Assembly (NCBI GenBank): GCA_903831095.1
Contig: CAIKWD010000026.1
Location: forward strand, 136,477-200,476
Source: Candidatus Staskawiczbacteria bacterium
GTDB lineage: Bacteria > Patescibacteriota > Minisyncoccia > Minisyncoccales > Staskawiczbacteraceae
Reading direction: 5' to 3'
DNA: 64,000 nt
Position 1 is the stretch's first letter, and each line of letters begins with the position of its first letter. The notes beneath the pieces were generated by a model, which was not told the DNA's origin, did no database searches, and saw only the letters and a program-made list of their open reading frames with translations. A program made the position numbers and the translations under genes. Positions 7,616 to 18,809 of the stretch are shown here, in pieces.

Positions 7616-9007
7616 ATGGATATCAAAAATTTTAAGGTAGCTTTGTCACAAATTGCAGAAGAGAGGGGAATATCACCAGAAAAGGTGATAGAGACAATTG
7701 AGTCGGCAATAGCTACAGCATATAAGAAAGACTACGGAGAAAAAGGGCAGAAAATCAAAGCTAAGTTTAACCCGGTATCGGGTGACGTTAAGTTTTGGCA
7801 AGTAAAATTGGTTGTAAACAACGACATGCTTTATACTGACGAGGAAATTGAAGAAATGCAGGAAAGAAAGGAAATCCCACAAGACGAGGCTAGAGCTGGA
7901 GAAGAAGCTCCAAAGAAATATGTGTTCAATCCTGAAAAGCACATAATGATTGACGAGGCCAAAAAAGATTATCCAAAAATTAAGCTTGGTGAAGAAATTG
8001 AAATTCCTTTAGTTTCAAAACAGGATTACGGCAGAATTGCAGCTCAAACTGCCAAGCAAGTTATTTTACAAAAAATCAGGGAAGCTGAGAAAGAAACTAT
8101 TTCTTCAGAATACAGGTCTAAAGAAGGGGAAATTGTTTCGGGAATTGTACAAAGAGTTGAAGGCCACACAGTGTTTGTGGATATTGGAAAGACTTTGGGA
8201 ATTCTAAATAGGGAAGAACAAATACCTGGAGAATTTTACAGACCAAGCCAAAGGCTCAAGCTATATATAATGAAGGTGGAAGATACACCAAAGGGTTCGG
8301 TTGTCATGCTTTCAAGAGCTTATCCAAAACTTATATCAAAATTGTTTGAGTTGGAAGTGCCAGAAGTTGCTTCTGGGACAGTTGTTATAAAAGCAATTGC
8401 TAGAGAACCTGGATATAGAACAAAGATTGCAGTTTCTTCAAACGAGGAGGGAGTTGACCCAATTGGAGCTTGTGTTGGACAAAGGGGAACAAGAATTATG
8501 GCTGTTATAAATGAACTTGGCGGAGAAAAGATTGACGTAATTGCTTGGGAAGAAAAACCTGAGAAATTTATTGCCAACTCTTTGTCGCCAGCTAAAATTG
8601 TCAAAGTGCAGGTTGAGGATAAAAATACCGCCATTGTATTTGTGCCGGAAGATCAGCTTTCTTTGGCTATTGGAAAAGATGGAAGAAATGTAAGATTGGC
8701 TGCAAACTTAACAGGATGGAAAATAGACATTAAAATGTCTGACAAAGTTGTCGAAGAAACTGAAGGGGGAGAAGAAGTAGTTGTAGAAGATGGCGAGCCA
8801 GTTAAAGAAGAATCCGCCTCCGCCAAGGCTTCAGCGGACAAAGAAAAGCCAAAGAAAGAAAAGAAAGTTGTCAAAAAAGCCAAGAAAGCCGTTTTAGAGG
8901 AAATTAAAGAAGAGGAGGCAGAAACAATTGAGGAGGAAATTCCTGAAGAGTTGCCTGCTGAGGAAGCAGTAGAAGAAACTGAACAAACTCCAGCAGAAGA
9001 AAAATAA
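7616..9007 (+). CDS. nusA: Transcription termination/antitermination factor NusA
   Basis: N-terminal MDIKNFKVALSQIAEERGIS, then S1 and two KH regions (GACVGQRGTRI, LAIGKDGRNVRLA) and an acidic/lysine-rich tail. ATG 7616 is preferred over the GTG 7568 extension through the repeat. Confidence 0.9.
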   Translation: MDIKNFKVALSQIAEERGISPEKVIETIESAIATAYKKDYGEKGQKIKAKFNPVSGDVKFWQVKLVVNNDMLYTDEEIEEMQERKEIPQDEARAGEEAPKKYVFNPEKHIMIDEAKKDYPKIKLGEEIEIPLVSKQDYGRIAAQTAKQVILQKIREAEKETISSEYRSKEGEIVSGIVQRVEGHTVFVDIGKTLGILNREEQIPGEFYRPSQRLKLYIMKVEDTPKGSVVMLSRAYPKLISKLFELEVPEVASGTVVIKAIAREPGYRTKIAVSSNEEGVDPIGACVGQRGTRIMAVINELGGEKIDVIAWEEKPEKFIANSLSPAKIVKVQVEDKNTAIVFVPEDQLSLAIGKDGRNVRLAANLTGWKIDIKMSDKVVEETEGGEEVVVEDGEPVKEESASAKASADKEKPKKEKKVVKKAKKAVLEEIKEEEAETIEEEIPEELPAEEAVEETEQTPAEEK

Positions 9008-9016
9008 TTTTATTCT

Positions 9017-9769
9017 ATGGCAGAATTTGGAAAAAGCGAATCATCTGAGAACATATATATAGAAGAGCCAGAACACCTAGAAGGTTCCAAGCCAATTATA
9101 GCTTGTATTGGGACTGAAAAAGAACACGAAAAAGGATGGAAACAAATTGAGAATATTAATGATTCTGGTTTGGATGTTAATTTTTTTGGGAAAACAATGG
9201 AATTAATTGGAAAAGGGTTTAAGGCTGGAGGAGAACAAACATATGTCATTTCACCAATTACAGAAAAGCCTTTGAGGACAAGAGGTCTTAGAGATTGCAC
9301 TAGCGTAGTTGTAGTTGGCACAGATGCTAAAACAGGAGAACAAATATCTTTTATAAGCCATCAAAACCCAAAGGAATTTTTAAAAGATATTAAAGACCGA
9401 TTTACGCGTGATTTTAATGAAAGCTTGGAAGAATTAAAAAATAGATGTGTGCCCGGATCTATTGATGTGGTTATATGTGGAGGAAGGAATAATCCGTCAG
9501 CGGTAGAAGGTTATAAAAATTCATTGAAAACATTAAGTTCTGCTATAAATGAAAGGATGGGATTTGTTCCAACAGTTATTTGCGGTTCAAAAAATGCTGG
9601 AGAAGATGATATTTATTTTAAGCCTAAAGATAGACAATTGCATATAGTTCGCCCAGATGGAGTTATTTTGGACAATCGTTCCTTCCTTGCAACACCTGAA
9701 AATATTGATCAGATAAAATCAGCTGGAAAAGATGGGATGGAAGATCTTAGTAATTTACATATTTCATAA
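9017..9769 (+). CDS. Hypothetical protein
   Basis: 250-aa ORF located 10 nt after nusA. No recognised motif. Confidence 0.55.
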   Translation: MAEFGKSESSENIYIEEPEHLEGSKPIIACIGTEKEHEKGWKQIENINDSGLDVNFFGKTMELIGKGFKAGGEQTYVISPITEKPLRTRGLRDCTSVVVVGTDAKTGEQISFISHQNPKEFLKDIKDRFTRDFNESLEELKNRCVPGSIDVVICGGRNNPSAVEGYKNSLKTLSSAINERMGFVPTVICGSKNAGEDDIYFKPKDRQLHIVRPDGVILDNRSFLATPENIDQIKSAGKDGMEDLSNLHIS

Positions 9770-9887
9770 ATTAAAATTAAAAAATAATTAATTAGCAGTT
9801 AAAGGCATCGCCTCGCTTGAAACAATAAAGCAATTTATATATCATGTTTCAATCTCGGCATGAATTTACTCGCTTGCTCATAAATTC

Positions 9888-11897
9888 ATGAGTCTATTAT
9901 TATTTCCGATAATCGTATCGCTATTTGCGATAGCATTTGTATGGTTTCTGGTTACGCAAATCAAGCGCGCGCCAGTTGCTGGAGACAAGGCAATTGCAAT
10001 TACAGCAGCAGTTCAGGAGGGTGCTATGTCTTACTTAAAAAGGCAGTACAAGACAATTGCTATAGTGGGAATAGTTTTGTTTTTACTTCTTTTACTCCCA
10101 ATTCAGGGTTTTGGATGGAAAGTTGCCATTGGGTTTTTAATTGGAGCAGTTTTAAGCGGAGTTTCAGGATTTATTGGAATGATAGTTTCTACACAAGCCA
10201 ATACCAGAGTTGCCGAAGCCGCCAGAAAAGGTATGGCAAAAGCTTTAGATATTGCTTTTAAAGGAGGTTTAATAACGGGTTTAATGGTTGTAAGCTTGGG
10301 ATTATTGGCAGTTTCAGGATATTATATGTTAACTAAAGACATTAATGGATTAATTGGCTTGGGTTTTGGAGCTTCATTAATATCCGTCTTTGCCAGAGTT
10401 GGTGGAGGCATTTATACAAAAGCTGCAGACGTAGGAGCTGACTTGGTAGGTAAGGTTGAAAAAGGAATACCTGAAGATGATCCAAGAAATCCAGCAGTTA
10501 TAGCAGATCAAGTTGGAGACAACGTTGGAGACTGTGCAGGAATGGCAGCAGATATTTTTGAAACTTATGCAGTTACAACTGTTGCTACAATGATTTTGGC
10601 CAGCTTATTATTTCCAAACTCAGTACCAGCAATTATGTTGCCTTTAATATTGGGAAGCGTAGCTATTTTAGCCTCTATAATTGGAAGCTTTTTTGTAAGG
10701 CTCGGCAAAAAGCAGAATATAATGGGATCTATGTACAAGGGTTTGGCTGCAACAGTTATTTTATCTGCAGGTGCTTTCTTGCCTATTATTCTAAAGTATA
10801 TGCCTACGTTGTATATTTCAGGCAGGACAATTACCCCAATACAGCTTTATTTTTCTACAATAGTTGGTTTGGTAATTGCTATTGGAATGTTTGTGATTAC
10901 AGAATGGTACACTTCAAAAGATTACAGCCCAGTCAAATCTATTGCCAAAGCCAGTGAAACAGGACACGCTACAAACATAATAAGGGGATTGGGAATTGGA
11001 ATGCAGTCTACAGCTTACCCAGTTTTGCTTATAGCTTTAGGAACAATTGTAAGCTTCTGGTTAGCTGGCATTTACGGAGTGGCGCTGGCTGTTATGGCAA
11101 TGCTTTCAATTTCGGGAATAGTTGTAGGAGTTGACGCTTATGGTCCAATTACAGACAACGCCGGAGGAATTGCAGAAATGTCTGGAATGCCAGAAGATGT
11201 TAGAAAAATTACCGATGCTTTGGATGCAGTTGGAAACACAACAAAAGCAGTTACAAAAGGATACGCCATTGCTTCTGCTGGATTAGCGGCCTTGGTTTTA
11301 TTTTCAGCATACGTTCAAGAAGTTGGTGGAAAGGGAGTTATAGATTTCTCTTTAACAAATGCTCAAGTTATCGCAGGACTTTTAATTGGAGGATTGCTTC
11401 CATATTTATTTGCTTCATTTTTAATGGGAGCTGTTGGAAAAACAGCTGGAAAAGTTGTTGATGAAGTTAGAAGACAATTCCGCGATATTAAAGGATTAAT
11501 GGAAGGAACTGCCAAACCAGAATACGGAAAAGCAGTTGATATTGTTACAAAAGCAGCAATTAAAGAAATGATGATACCAGCTTTGTTGCCAATCGTAGCT
11601 CCAATATTAGTTGGAAAGATTTTGGGAGTTGAAGCTTTAGGAGGGATGTTAATTGGAGCAATTGTGACAGGATTGTTTGTTGGAATTTCAATGACAACAG
11701 GAGGTGCAGCTTGGGACAACGCCAAAAAATATATTGAGGGCGGAGCATTTGGAGGCAAGGGAGGTGATGCTCACAAAGCAGCAGTTACAGGAGATACAGT
11801 TGGTGACCCATATAAAGACACAGCAGGGCCAGCTATTAACCCTATGATCAAAGTGCTCAACATTGTCGCTTTGCTTATTGTCGCATTCTTAATTTAG
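9888..11897 (+). CDS. hppA: Membrane-bound proton/sodium-translocating pyrophosphatase
   Basis: 669 aa, polytopic. [18 protein letters not shown] and [17 protein letters not shown] are signature H+-PPase motifs. Confidence 0.9.
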   Translation: MSLLLFPIIVSLFAIAFVWFLVTQIKRAPVAGDKAIAITAAVQEGAMSYLKRQYKTIAIVGIVLFLLLLLPIQGFGWKVAIGFLIGAVLSGVSGFIGMIVSTQANTRVAEAARKGMAKALDIAFKGGLITGLMVVSLGLLAVSGYYMLTKDINGLIGLGFGASLISVFARVGGGIYTKAADVGADLVGKVEKGIPEDDPRNPAVIADQVGDNVGDCAGMAADIFETYAVTTVATMILASLLFPNSVPAIMLPLILGSVAILASIIGSFFVRLGKKQNIMGSMYKGLAATVILSAGAFLPIILKYMPTLYISGRTITPIQLYFSTIVGLVIAIGMFVITEWYTSKDYSPVKSIAKASETGHATNIIRGLGIGMQSTAYPVLLIALGTIVSFWLAGIYGVALAVMAMLSISGIVVGVDAYGPITDNAGGIAEMSGMPEDVRKITDALDAVGNTTKAVTKGYAIASAGLAALVLFSAYVQEVGGKGVIDFSLTNAQVIAGLLIGGLLPYLFASFLMGAVGKTAGKVVDEVRRQFRDIKGLMEGTAKPEYGKAVDIVTKAAIKEMMIPALLPIVAPILVGKILGVEALGGMLIGAIVTGLFVGISMTTGGAAWDNAKKYIEGGAFGGKGGDAHKAAVTGDTVGDPYKDTAGPAINPMIKVLNIVALLIVAFLI

Positions 11898-11908
11898 TAC
11901 TAAAATTC

Positions 11909-11938
11909 AAAGACCGCCGAAAGGCGGTCTTTTGTTTT
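11909..11938. terminator. Hairpin terminator between convergent hppA and glnA
   Basis: AGACCGCC-GAAA-GGCGGTCT followed by TTTGTTTT. Confidence 0.7.
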
Positions 11939-12019
11939 AGAAAATTTATAATTAAAAAATAAATAATAAAAAAGGAGAAGCGTTAAGCTTCTCTTTTGTT
12001 TTATATGTTTGCTAAAATT

Positions 12020-13402
12020 CTACAGATATTTTTTTATGTCCCAGTCGGTGACCGACTGGCTGTGTTCTCTCCAATTTTTCATGCCAAGCATGAACAGAGT
12101 ATCAATGATGAAATCTCCCATTCCTTTTCTGAGCATTTTGCTTTTCTGAGTTAGTAAAAGGGCTTCAGCAAGGTTTCCCGGTAACTCTTCTACGCCGTCG
12201 TGGTCGTGGTAGAGGTTTCTTTTATCAGGAGGGGAGAGCTTCAAATTTTGTTCAATTCCGGCCAGTCCTGCCAAAAGCAAAGCGGAAAACCCTAGGTAAG
12301 GGTTACACATTGGGTCGGGAGCCCTGTATTCTACTCTGACCTTTGTGGTTCCTTTTGAGTGACCTCTGCAAAGTGCCGTCCTATTGAGCCAGTCCCACGA
12401 AATTCGTGTGGGCGCTTCTGCTCCCGGAACAAGACGCTTGTAGCTTATTGTCGTCGAGTTGGTTAAGGAGGTTACTTCATCTGCGTACTTTAGAAGTCCT
12501 GCAATGAATTTTTTCCCTAAGTCAGAAAGTCCGTCTGGCTTTCTTGGGTCATAAAATAGGTTAACCTCTTTTCCATCAATAACACCAGAGATGTTTATAT
12601 GCACATGCATTCCACTACCGTTTACATTTTGGTTAAATTTTGGAATGAAGGACGCTCTCAGACTATTTTTTTCAGCCACTGTGCTGATAATGTCCTTGGC
12701 AGTCATGGTTCCATCGGCAATACGCAAAACATTGCCGTGTCCTATACCAATTTCGCATTGGTACGTAGCAACTTCGGTATGGAACTTCTCTTTTTTAAGC
12801 GCAACTACTCCCAAATGGCGAGTAATTGTCTTTAGGGTTTCATTGACCCGGCTTTCTGGAGGAACAAAATAATGGTCGTTCTTCAGGTTGGGGTCAAGAT
12901 GGATATTGGAGGCGTCGTATTCTGCTGGCAAAAGTAAAAACTCGAGTTCTGGCGCAAAAAGCGCTTTTACTCTTGAGATTTTCATTTTTGGATGTTGCCT
13001 TTTTATAAGGTTTTCCATCTTTTTTACAACTTGTTTGAGAATGCCCCGACTGCAACCTTTAAAAGGTTTAAGTGTGTCACCCTCTTTTTCAGCAGGATGA
13101 AAAACATCGCAGATTACCTGCGCCGTGTCTGGTGACCATGGAACCATAAAAAGAGTCGAAGTGTCTGGGACAAGAACCATGTCACTTTCAGTAGGGGGAA
13201 TTATCTTCCCGAATACTGAAGATCCGTCAACAGTGGTAATTCCAGTGCTGCCAATCTGTTCTTTGGTAACGGTTACTTCACGGAGATTACCTGCAATGTC
13301 AGTCAACTGACACCGCATAAATTCAACATTTTTGTTCTTTTCGAAGAAATCGGCAAAAACCGTTTTCCTGTTGTTTGCTTCTTTAGCGCCTGCTTTTTTC
13401 AT
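12020..13402 (-). CDS. glnA: Glutamine synthetase
   Basis: 460 aa with NGSGMHVHINIS, the beta-grasp N-terminus (QLTDIAGNLREV) and a RVEYRAPDPMCNPYL region. Confidence 0.85.
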   Translation of the reverse strand: MKKAGAKEANNRKTVFADFFEKNKNVEFMRCQLTDIAGNLREVTVTKEQIGSTGITTVDGSSVFGKIIPPTESDMVLVPDTSTLFMVPWSPDTAQVICDVFHPAEKEGDTLKPFKGCSRGILKQVVKKMENLIKRQHPKMKISRVKALFAPELEFLLLPAEYDASNIHLDPNLKNDHYFVPPESRVNETLKTITRHLGVVALKKEKFHTEVATYQCEIGIGHGNVLRIADGTMTAKDIISTVAEKNSLRASFIPKFNQNVNGSGMHVHINISGVIDGKEVNLFYDPRKPDGLSDLGKKFIAGLLKYADEVTSLTNSTTISYKRLVPGAEAPTRISWDWLNRTALCRGHSKGTTKVRVEYRAPDPMCNPYLGFSALLLAGLAGIEQNLKLSPPDKRNLYHDHDGVEELPGNLAEALLLTQKSKMLRKGMGDFIIDTLFMLGMKNWREHSQSVTDWDIKKYL

Positions 13403-13544
13403 TTTCTGTCTCCTTGTTAATTTTTTCTGTAGTTTTTAGTTTAAATGAACCGGCTTGATTATAGCAGATATTATTTTTGATTCAATATGGTTTTTGATAT
13501 AATACAATAATAGGCAAATAAAATATTATTAAATTAAAAAAAAT

Positions 13545-13949
13545 ATGGCAGATAAAAATATGAAACAATTTTTAAGAGATGCAATAGGATGGGGGATTGG
13601 GTTGTGGTTTGTTGGCTGGGTACTGGGCATAATTGCTTTTATGGTAGTTCCAAAAGATATGATAGGTTGGGTTGTTTCCCCTATTGGAATTGTAATAACG
13701 CTTTGGGTCTTGCTGAAAAAGATAAACCCGCCTACTGGCGAGGCAGGTAGCGAAAATATTTCTTATTATCTGAGAATCGCCATTGTTTGGACAATAATTG
13801 CAATTGTTTTTGATTATTTATTTTTAGTTTTGTTATTTAAGCCAGCTGGCGGATATTACAAGCTGGATGTTTACATTTATTACACTACAACCTTTGTACT
13901 TCCCCTATTAGTTGGGTATTTCAAAACTAAAAATTTTAAAAAAAATTAA
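13545..13949 (+). CDS. Small integral membrane protein
   Basis: 134 aa with four hydrophobic segments. Confidence 0.55.
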   Translation: MADKNMKQFLRDAIGWGIGLWFVGWVLGIIAFMVVPKDMIGWVVSPIGIVITLWVLLKKINPPTGEAGSENISYYLRIAIVWTIIAIVFDYLFLVLLFKPAGGYYKLDVYIYYTTTFVLPLLVGYFKTKNFKKN

Positions 13950-13950
13950 T

Positions 13951-14649
13951 ATGAAACAGTGGAATGAAATATTTAAGGAAGATGGAAGAGTTTTTCTTGA
14001 ACCGCAAAAAGATATGCCGAGGATAGCAAAGCTGTTTAAGAAAAAAGGCATAAAAAGAATACTTGATTTGGGTTGTGGTTCAGGGAGACATACAGTTTAT
14101 TTGGCTAAGAATGGATTTGATGTTTATGGGTTTGATATAGCTCCTGTTGGTATAAACCTTGCAAAAAAATGGTTAAAGCAAGAAAAGCTAAAAGCAAAAT
14201 TTAGAATAGGTTCTGTATTTGGGAAATTACCTTACAAGGATAATTTTTTTGACGCTTTAATATCTACTCAAGTCATTAATCATGCAGAAATTAGCGACAT
14301 TAGAAAGTTAATCAAAGAAATGGAGAGAGTATTAAAGCCCAAGGGACTAATATTTATTACAGTGATGCAGAAAACTGGGCTGAAAGAATGGAAGCAGAAA
14401 AATTGGAAAATAAATTCTATCCGAGAAGAGGTTTCCCTTGGAGACGACGGGATCTCGGTAATGAAAAATAAATACAAAATAATTGGCCCTCAAACATATG
14501 TATATCTTGAAGGCGGAGAAAAAGGGTTAATTCATTATATTTTTAATAAAAATATAGTCAGAAAGGAATTTAAAAATTTTAAAATTCCTAATATTTGGCT
14601 CAGTCCTAATAAGCGTCACGACTGTTTTTTGGGAGAATTGAACAAGTAA
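13951..14649 (+). CDS. Class I SAM-dependent methyltransferase
   Basis: ILDLGCGSGRHTVYLAKNGFDVYGFDIAP is SAM-binding motif I. ATG 13951 is preferred over TTG 13912. Confidence 0.8.
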   Translation: MKQWNEIFKEDGRVFLEPQKDMPRIAKLFKKKGIKRILDLGCGSGRHTVYLAKNGFDVYGFDIAPVGINLAKKWLKQEKLKAKFRIGSVFGKLPYKDNFFDALISTQVINHAEISDIRKLIKEMERVLKPKGLIFITVMQKTGLKEWKQKNWKINSIREEVSLGDDGISVMKNKYKIIGPQTYVYLEGGEKGLIHYIFNKNIVRKEFKNFKIPNIWLSPNKRHDCFLGELNK

Positions 14650-14765
14650 ATTATCTAGCAAAAAAGTGGGTTGAGTCCTGCTTTTTAGTTGATTTTTGGC
14701 AAAAAAAAGCCGAGTTGAGCTCATATAATGGGCTCAAAACGGCATTGGAGTTTTTGGGAGAAAAT

Positions 14766-15014
14766 TTATCCTCCACAACCTTCGCAAAAAGCTTGCGTTG
14801 TGATTTCACTTGGTTCACAGAGCATATTTGCTTTATAACAGATTAGTTCAAACCTCCGATTTCCTCGGCGTATACTACTTGAGCGCAAGCCCATTCTATG
14901 AATTTGTGCAATTGCGTCTTTAACGCAGATTGCTTGGAGCTCGCCTCTTTTTATGCAGCCGCTTTTTTTAAAGCCCTTGTAGAAAAATCTTTTTAAAGCA
15001 TTTTCTTTAGGCAT
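14766..15014 (-). CDS. Small Cys-containing hypothetical protein
   Basis: 82-aa ORF followed on its strand by a hairpin and T-run at about 14700-14745. Confidence 0.4.
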   Translation of the reverse strand: MPKENALKRFFYKGFKKSGCIKRGELQAICVKDAIAQIHRMGLRSSSIRRGNRRFELICYKANMLCEPSEITTQAFCEGCGG

Positions 15015-15186
15015 TTTTTGTTTCTCCTTATTTTGTGTTGAGTTGTTGAAAGAGCGTTAATACAAATACTATAGCATTAAGAATTTTAAATCAAGCCTTT
15101 TGGAAGGTTGATTTTTTGGGTAAAAAAGGGTATTCTATATAATTATTATTCGTAAAATAAAATATTAAAAATAATTAAATAAAAAA

Positions 15187-16455
15187 ATGGAAGTAAAACA
15201 AAAGAAGTTGCCAAAAAGTCAGATAGAGTTGGAGTTTGAGATTACAGCAGAGGAATTTAAGGAACACACAGCCCACGCAATAGAGCATATGAAGGGCCAT
15301 ATTAAAGTTGATGGATTTCGCCCAGGAAAGGCTCCAGCAAGTATGGTGGAAGAAAAAATAAAACCCGAAGCTTTGCTTATGGAAGCTGGAGATCACGCAG
15401 TACAGCATGTTTATACAGATTATATAAAAACCAGCAAATTAGAGCCAGTTGGAAATCCAGAGGTTTCTATTGTAAAAATTGCCCAGGGTTCGCCCTTTGT
15501 GTTTAAGGCTGTAATAACAGTATTGCCAGAAGTTGAGTTGCCAGAGTATAAAGAAATTGCCAAAACAGTCAAAGGACAGGAAATTACTGTGACCGATGAA
15601 GAAGTTTTAGAGTCTTTGAATTATTTACAGAAAACTAGGGCAAAGTTTACTTTGAAAAATGAGCCAGCTGACAAGAAAGATTTTGTGGAAATAAAATATA
15701 CCAACAAAGATATAAACGATGGTAAAGAAGTAGATGACAAGTTTATTTTAAGCGAGGGCGGATTTATGAATGGATTTGAACAAAATATAATTGGCATGAA
15801 AGCAGGGGAGGAGAAAGAGTTTACTGTAAAGTTTCCAGAAACTTCTCCAAGAAAAGATTTGGCAGGGAAAGATGCCAGTTTTAAAGTGAAAGTTGTTTCT
15901 GTACAGAAAATGGAATTGCCAGAAATAAACGACGAGTTTGCCAAACAGCTTGGCGCCTTTGATACTTTAGTAGCTTTGAAAGCTAGTATGAAAGAAGGCA
16001 TTACCCATGAAAAAACAGAAGAGGAAAAACAGAGAAAGAGAGGAGAAATTTTAAATAAAATAGCTGAAAAGGCAAAATTTGAAATGCCAGAAGCCATGGT
16101 TGAATATGAAAAAGAAAGATTGCTTGAAGATTTAAAAAACAAAATTGCCCAAAATATCAAAATCAGCTTTGAGGAGTATTTGGCTTCTATAAAAAAGACA
16201 GAGCAGGAAATAAAGGAAACCTATCAAAAAGAGGCTGAAAAGAGGCTTCGTGGGTTCTTGGTTTTGAGAGAACTTGGAAAGAAAGAAAGCGTTTCTGTTA
16301 CTGATGAAGAGATTACAGAAGAGGTAGCAAAATCCGTCAAAAACTACACTCCAGAGCAATTAAAGCAAATTGACATAAGTGAGCTAAAAGAGTATACTAA
16401 GGGTGTGATTCAGAATGAGAAAATTTTCCAAATCTTGGAAAAAATGGCTCAATAA
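15187..16455 (+). CDS. tig: Trigger factor
   Basis: 422 aa. N-terminal ...VDGFRPGKAP ribosome-binding signature, central FKBP-like region and acidic C-terminal arm. Confidence 0.85.
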   Translation: MEVKQKKLPKSQIELEFEITAEEFKEHTAHAIEHMKGHIKVDGFRPGKAPASMVEEKIKPEALLMEAGDHAVQHVYTDYIKTSKLEPVGNPEVSIVKIAQGSPFVFKAVITVLPEVELPEYKEIAKTVKGQEITVTDEEVLESLNYLQKTRAKFTLKNEPADKKDFVEIKYTNKDINDGKEVDDKFILSEGGFMNGFEQNIIGMKAGEEKEFTVKFPETSPRKDLAGKDASFKVKVVSVQKMELPEINDEFAKQLGAFDTLVALKASMKEGITHEKTEEEKQRKRGEILNKIAEKAKFEMPEAMVEYEKERLLEDLKNKIAQNIKISFEEYLASIKKTEQEIKETYQKEAEKRLRGFLVLRELGKKESVSVTDEEITEEVAKSVKNYTPEQLKQIDISELKEYTKGVIQNEKIFQILEKMAQ

Positions 16456-16491
16456 ATCATAAATATACAAATTAAAAAATTAAATTAACGA

Positions 16492-17073
16492 ATGCCAATA
16501 GTACCAACTATTGTAGAAAGAACACAGCGCGGTGAGCGCGCATACGATATATTTTCAAGGCTTTTAGAAGAGCGTATAATTTTTTTGGCTGGGCCAGTAA
16601 CAGACATGAATGCAAATGTGGTTATTGCTCAGATGCTTTATTTAGCATCAAAAGATTCAAAAAGAGATATCAAGCTTTATATAAACAGCCCAGGAGGTTC
16701 GGTTACAGCGGGATTAGCTATTTTTGACACAATGCAATACTTAAAATGCCCGGTTTCCACCATTTGCATAGGTCTTACAGCTTCGATGGCAGCAGTTATT
16801 TTGGCAGCAGGCACAAAGGGAAAGAGATTTTCTCTGCCTAATGCTGAAATACTTCTGCATCAAGTTGCCGGAGGTATGCAGGGTCAGGCGACAGACATTG
16901 AAATTACTGCCAAACAGATTGTTTTGATGAAAGAGAAATTAAATAAGATCTTGTCAGCTGCCACAGGACAGTCATTAGCCAAGGTGGAAAAAGACACTGA
17001 TAGGGATTTTTATTTAACACCGCAAGAAGCTGTAAAATACGGTCTAATCGACGAAGTGATTGGCGGCAAATAA
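16492..17073 (+). CDS. clpP: ATP-dependent Clp protease proteolytic subunit
   Basis: [29 protein letters not shown] and [12 protein letters not shown] motifs. Confidence 0.92.
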   Translation: MPIVPTIVERTQRGERAYDIFSRLLEERIIFLAGPVTDMNANVVIAQMLYLASKDSKRDIKLYINSPGGSVTAGLAIFDTMQYLKCPVSTICIGLTASMAAVILAAGTKGKRFSLPNAEILLHQVAGGMQGQATDIEITAKQIVLMKEKLNKILSAATGQSLAKVEKDTDRDFYLTPQEAVKYGLIDEVIGGK

Positions 17074-17112
17074 CCTCCTTTTTTAAGTTTTAGAAAATAT
17101 ATCATATGCAAG

Positions 17113-17138
17113 CTCACTGAGTAAGTGAGTTTTATTTA
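17113..17138 (+). terminator. Terminator after clpP
   Basis: CTCACT-GAGTA-AGTGAG followed by TTTTATTTATTT. Confidence 0.55.
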
Positions 17139-17145
17139 TTTAATC

Positions 17146-17224
17146 ATCGCTCGGCAACAATCTTTTTTCCGGCTATCTGGCACTTCGTGTCTCAGAGGCC
17201 TACAAAAAGTTTATTGCCTCGCTT
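17146..17224 (+). repeat. Palindromic ~80-nt repeat element, copy b (5' of rny)
   Basis: ATCGCTCGGCAACAATCTTTTT...AAAAAGTTTATTGCCTCGCTT. Shares the central CACTTCGTGT with copy a. Confidence 0.7.
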
Positions 17225-17234
17225 TCAAAAAAAC

Positions 17235-18761
17235 ATGGATATAATAAGTTTTATAATAATATTATTGGCCTTGGGTTTGGGAATTGTTGTAGGTTACTAC
17301 ATCAGGCAAAATTTGGCCAAGAAAAGAGCAGGAACTCTTGAAGCAAAATTGCAAAAAAGAGTTATAGATGTAAAAGAAGAAACATCTAATTTAGTTAAAA
17401 ATGCGGAGAAAAAGTCTTCCGAGCTTTTGGAGAGGACACAGAAAGACATAGATGAAAGGAGAAAGGAGTTTGTAAAAGCTCAGGAACTTTTGCTGGGCAG
17501 GGAAAAGTTGCTCAACGACAGGATTGTCTCCTTTGAAACAAAGGAGAAAGATTTGCAGGACAAAGTAGAAAAATTAAGAATTTTAAAGGAAAATTTGGAG
17601 CAGTTAAGGCTTGAGGCAGAAGGCAAATTGGAAAAAGTTGCTTCCCTTTCAAGAGAAGATGCTAAAAAGGAATTATTAGCTTTAGTTGAAGTGGAGAATG
17701 AAAAAGAAATTTTAGACAGGATGAAAAGGCTTGAGGAAGGCAATCAAGATAAGTTGCAATTGAGAGCCAGGGAAATTGTGGCTTTAGCAATTCAAAAATG
17801 TGCAGTTCCACAAACTCAGGAGTTGACCACAACCAGTGTTATTTTAGCCAATGAAGATTTGAAGGGAAGAATTATTGGTAAAGAAGGCAGAAATATTAGA
17901 ACTTTTGAAAAGTTAACCGGTGTAGAACTCATTGTTGACGAAACTCCAGACTCTGTAGTTATTTCTTGTTTTAATCCTATTAGAAGACAAATTGCCAAAG
18001 TGGCTTTAGATAAGCTTATTGCCGATGGCAGAATTCAGCCAGCTAAGATTGAAGAAAAAGTTGAAGAGGCAAAAGCAGAAATTTCTGTCAAAATTAAGGA
18101 AGCTGGAGACAAAGCAACTTATGACGCAGGAGTTATTGGGCTTAATGAAAAGTTGGTGCAGATCTTGGGCAGGTTATATTATAGAACCAGTTATGGTCAG
18201 AATGTTTTGTCGCACTCAATGGAGGTTGCTTTGATATCTGAAGCAATTGCAGCAGAATTGGGAGCCAACACACAGATAGCAAAAAGAGCAGGCTTGTTGC
18301 ACGATATAGGAAAGGCCATAGACCAGCAAATTCAGGGTTCACATATAGAAATTGGTATTAAGATATTGGAGAAGTTTGGCGAATCTGAGGCCATAATTAA
18401 GGCTATGAGAGCTCACCATGGCGACTACCCAGTGGAATCGCTGGAAGCTACTATTGTCACTGTTGCAGACGCAATTTCAAGCTCAAGACCAGGTGCTAGG
18501 AAAGACTCAATGGAAAACTACCTTCAGAGGCTCAAAGACTTGGAAGACATTGCTAATAAGTTTGAAGGAGTTGAGAAAACCTATGCTATTCAAGCTGGAA
18601 GGGAAATTCGTGTGTTTGTAAAATCAGACAGGGTTGATGACTTGGGAGCTGTAAGAATGGCAAAAGCCATAGCAGGGGAGATAGAAGAAGAATTAAAATA
18701 TCCTGGTGAAATTAAAGTGGTAGTTATCCGCGAAAACCGCGTCATCGAATACGCTAGGTAA
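17235..18761 (+). CDS. rny: Ribonuclease Y
   Basis: N-terminal TM helix, coiled coil, KH domain (GRIIGKEGRNIRTFE) and HD domain (LLHDIGKA). ATG 17235 is preferred over the GTG 17187 extension through the repeat. Confidence 0.9.
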   Translation: MDIISFIIILLALGLGIVVGYYIRQNLAKKRAGTLEAKLQKRVIDVKEETSNLVKNAEKKSSELLERTQKDIDERRKEFVKAQELLLGREKLLNDRIVSFETKEKDLQDKVEKLRILKENLEQLRLEAEGKLEKVASLSREDAKKELLALVEVENEKEILDRMKRLEEGNQDKLQLRAREIVALAIQKCAVPQTQELTTTSVILANEDLKGRIIGKEGRNIRTFEKLTGVELIVDETPDSVVISCFNPIRRQIAKVALDKLIADGRIQPAKIEEKVEEAKAEISVKIKEAGDKATYDAGVIGLNEKLVQILGRLYYRTSYGQNVLSHSMEVALISEAIAAELGANTQIAKRAGLLHDIGKAIDQQIQGSHIEIGIKILEKFGESEAIIKAMRAHHGDYPVESLEATIVTVADAISSSRPGARKDSMENYLQRLKDLEDIANKFEGVEKTYAIQAGREIRVFVKSDRVDDLGAVRMAKAIAGEIEEELKYPGEIKVVVIRENRVIEYAR

Positions 18762-18767
18762 AATAAT

Positions 18768-18796
18768 AAAAAAACCAGCCACAAAGGCTGGTTTTT
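18768..18796. terminator. Bidirectional hairpin terminator
   Basis: AAAAAAACCAGCC-ACAA-GGCTGGTTTTT between convergent genes. Confidence 0.7.
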
Positions 18797-18809
18797 AGTT
18801 ACCAAGTTT

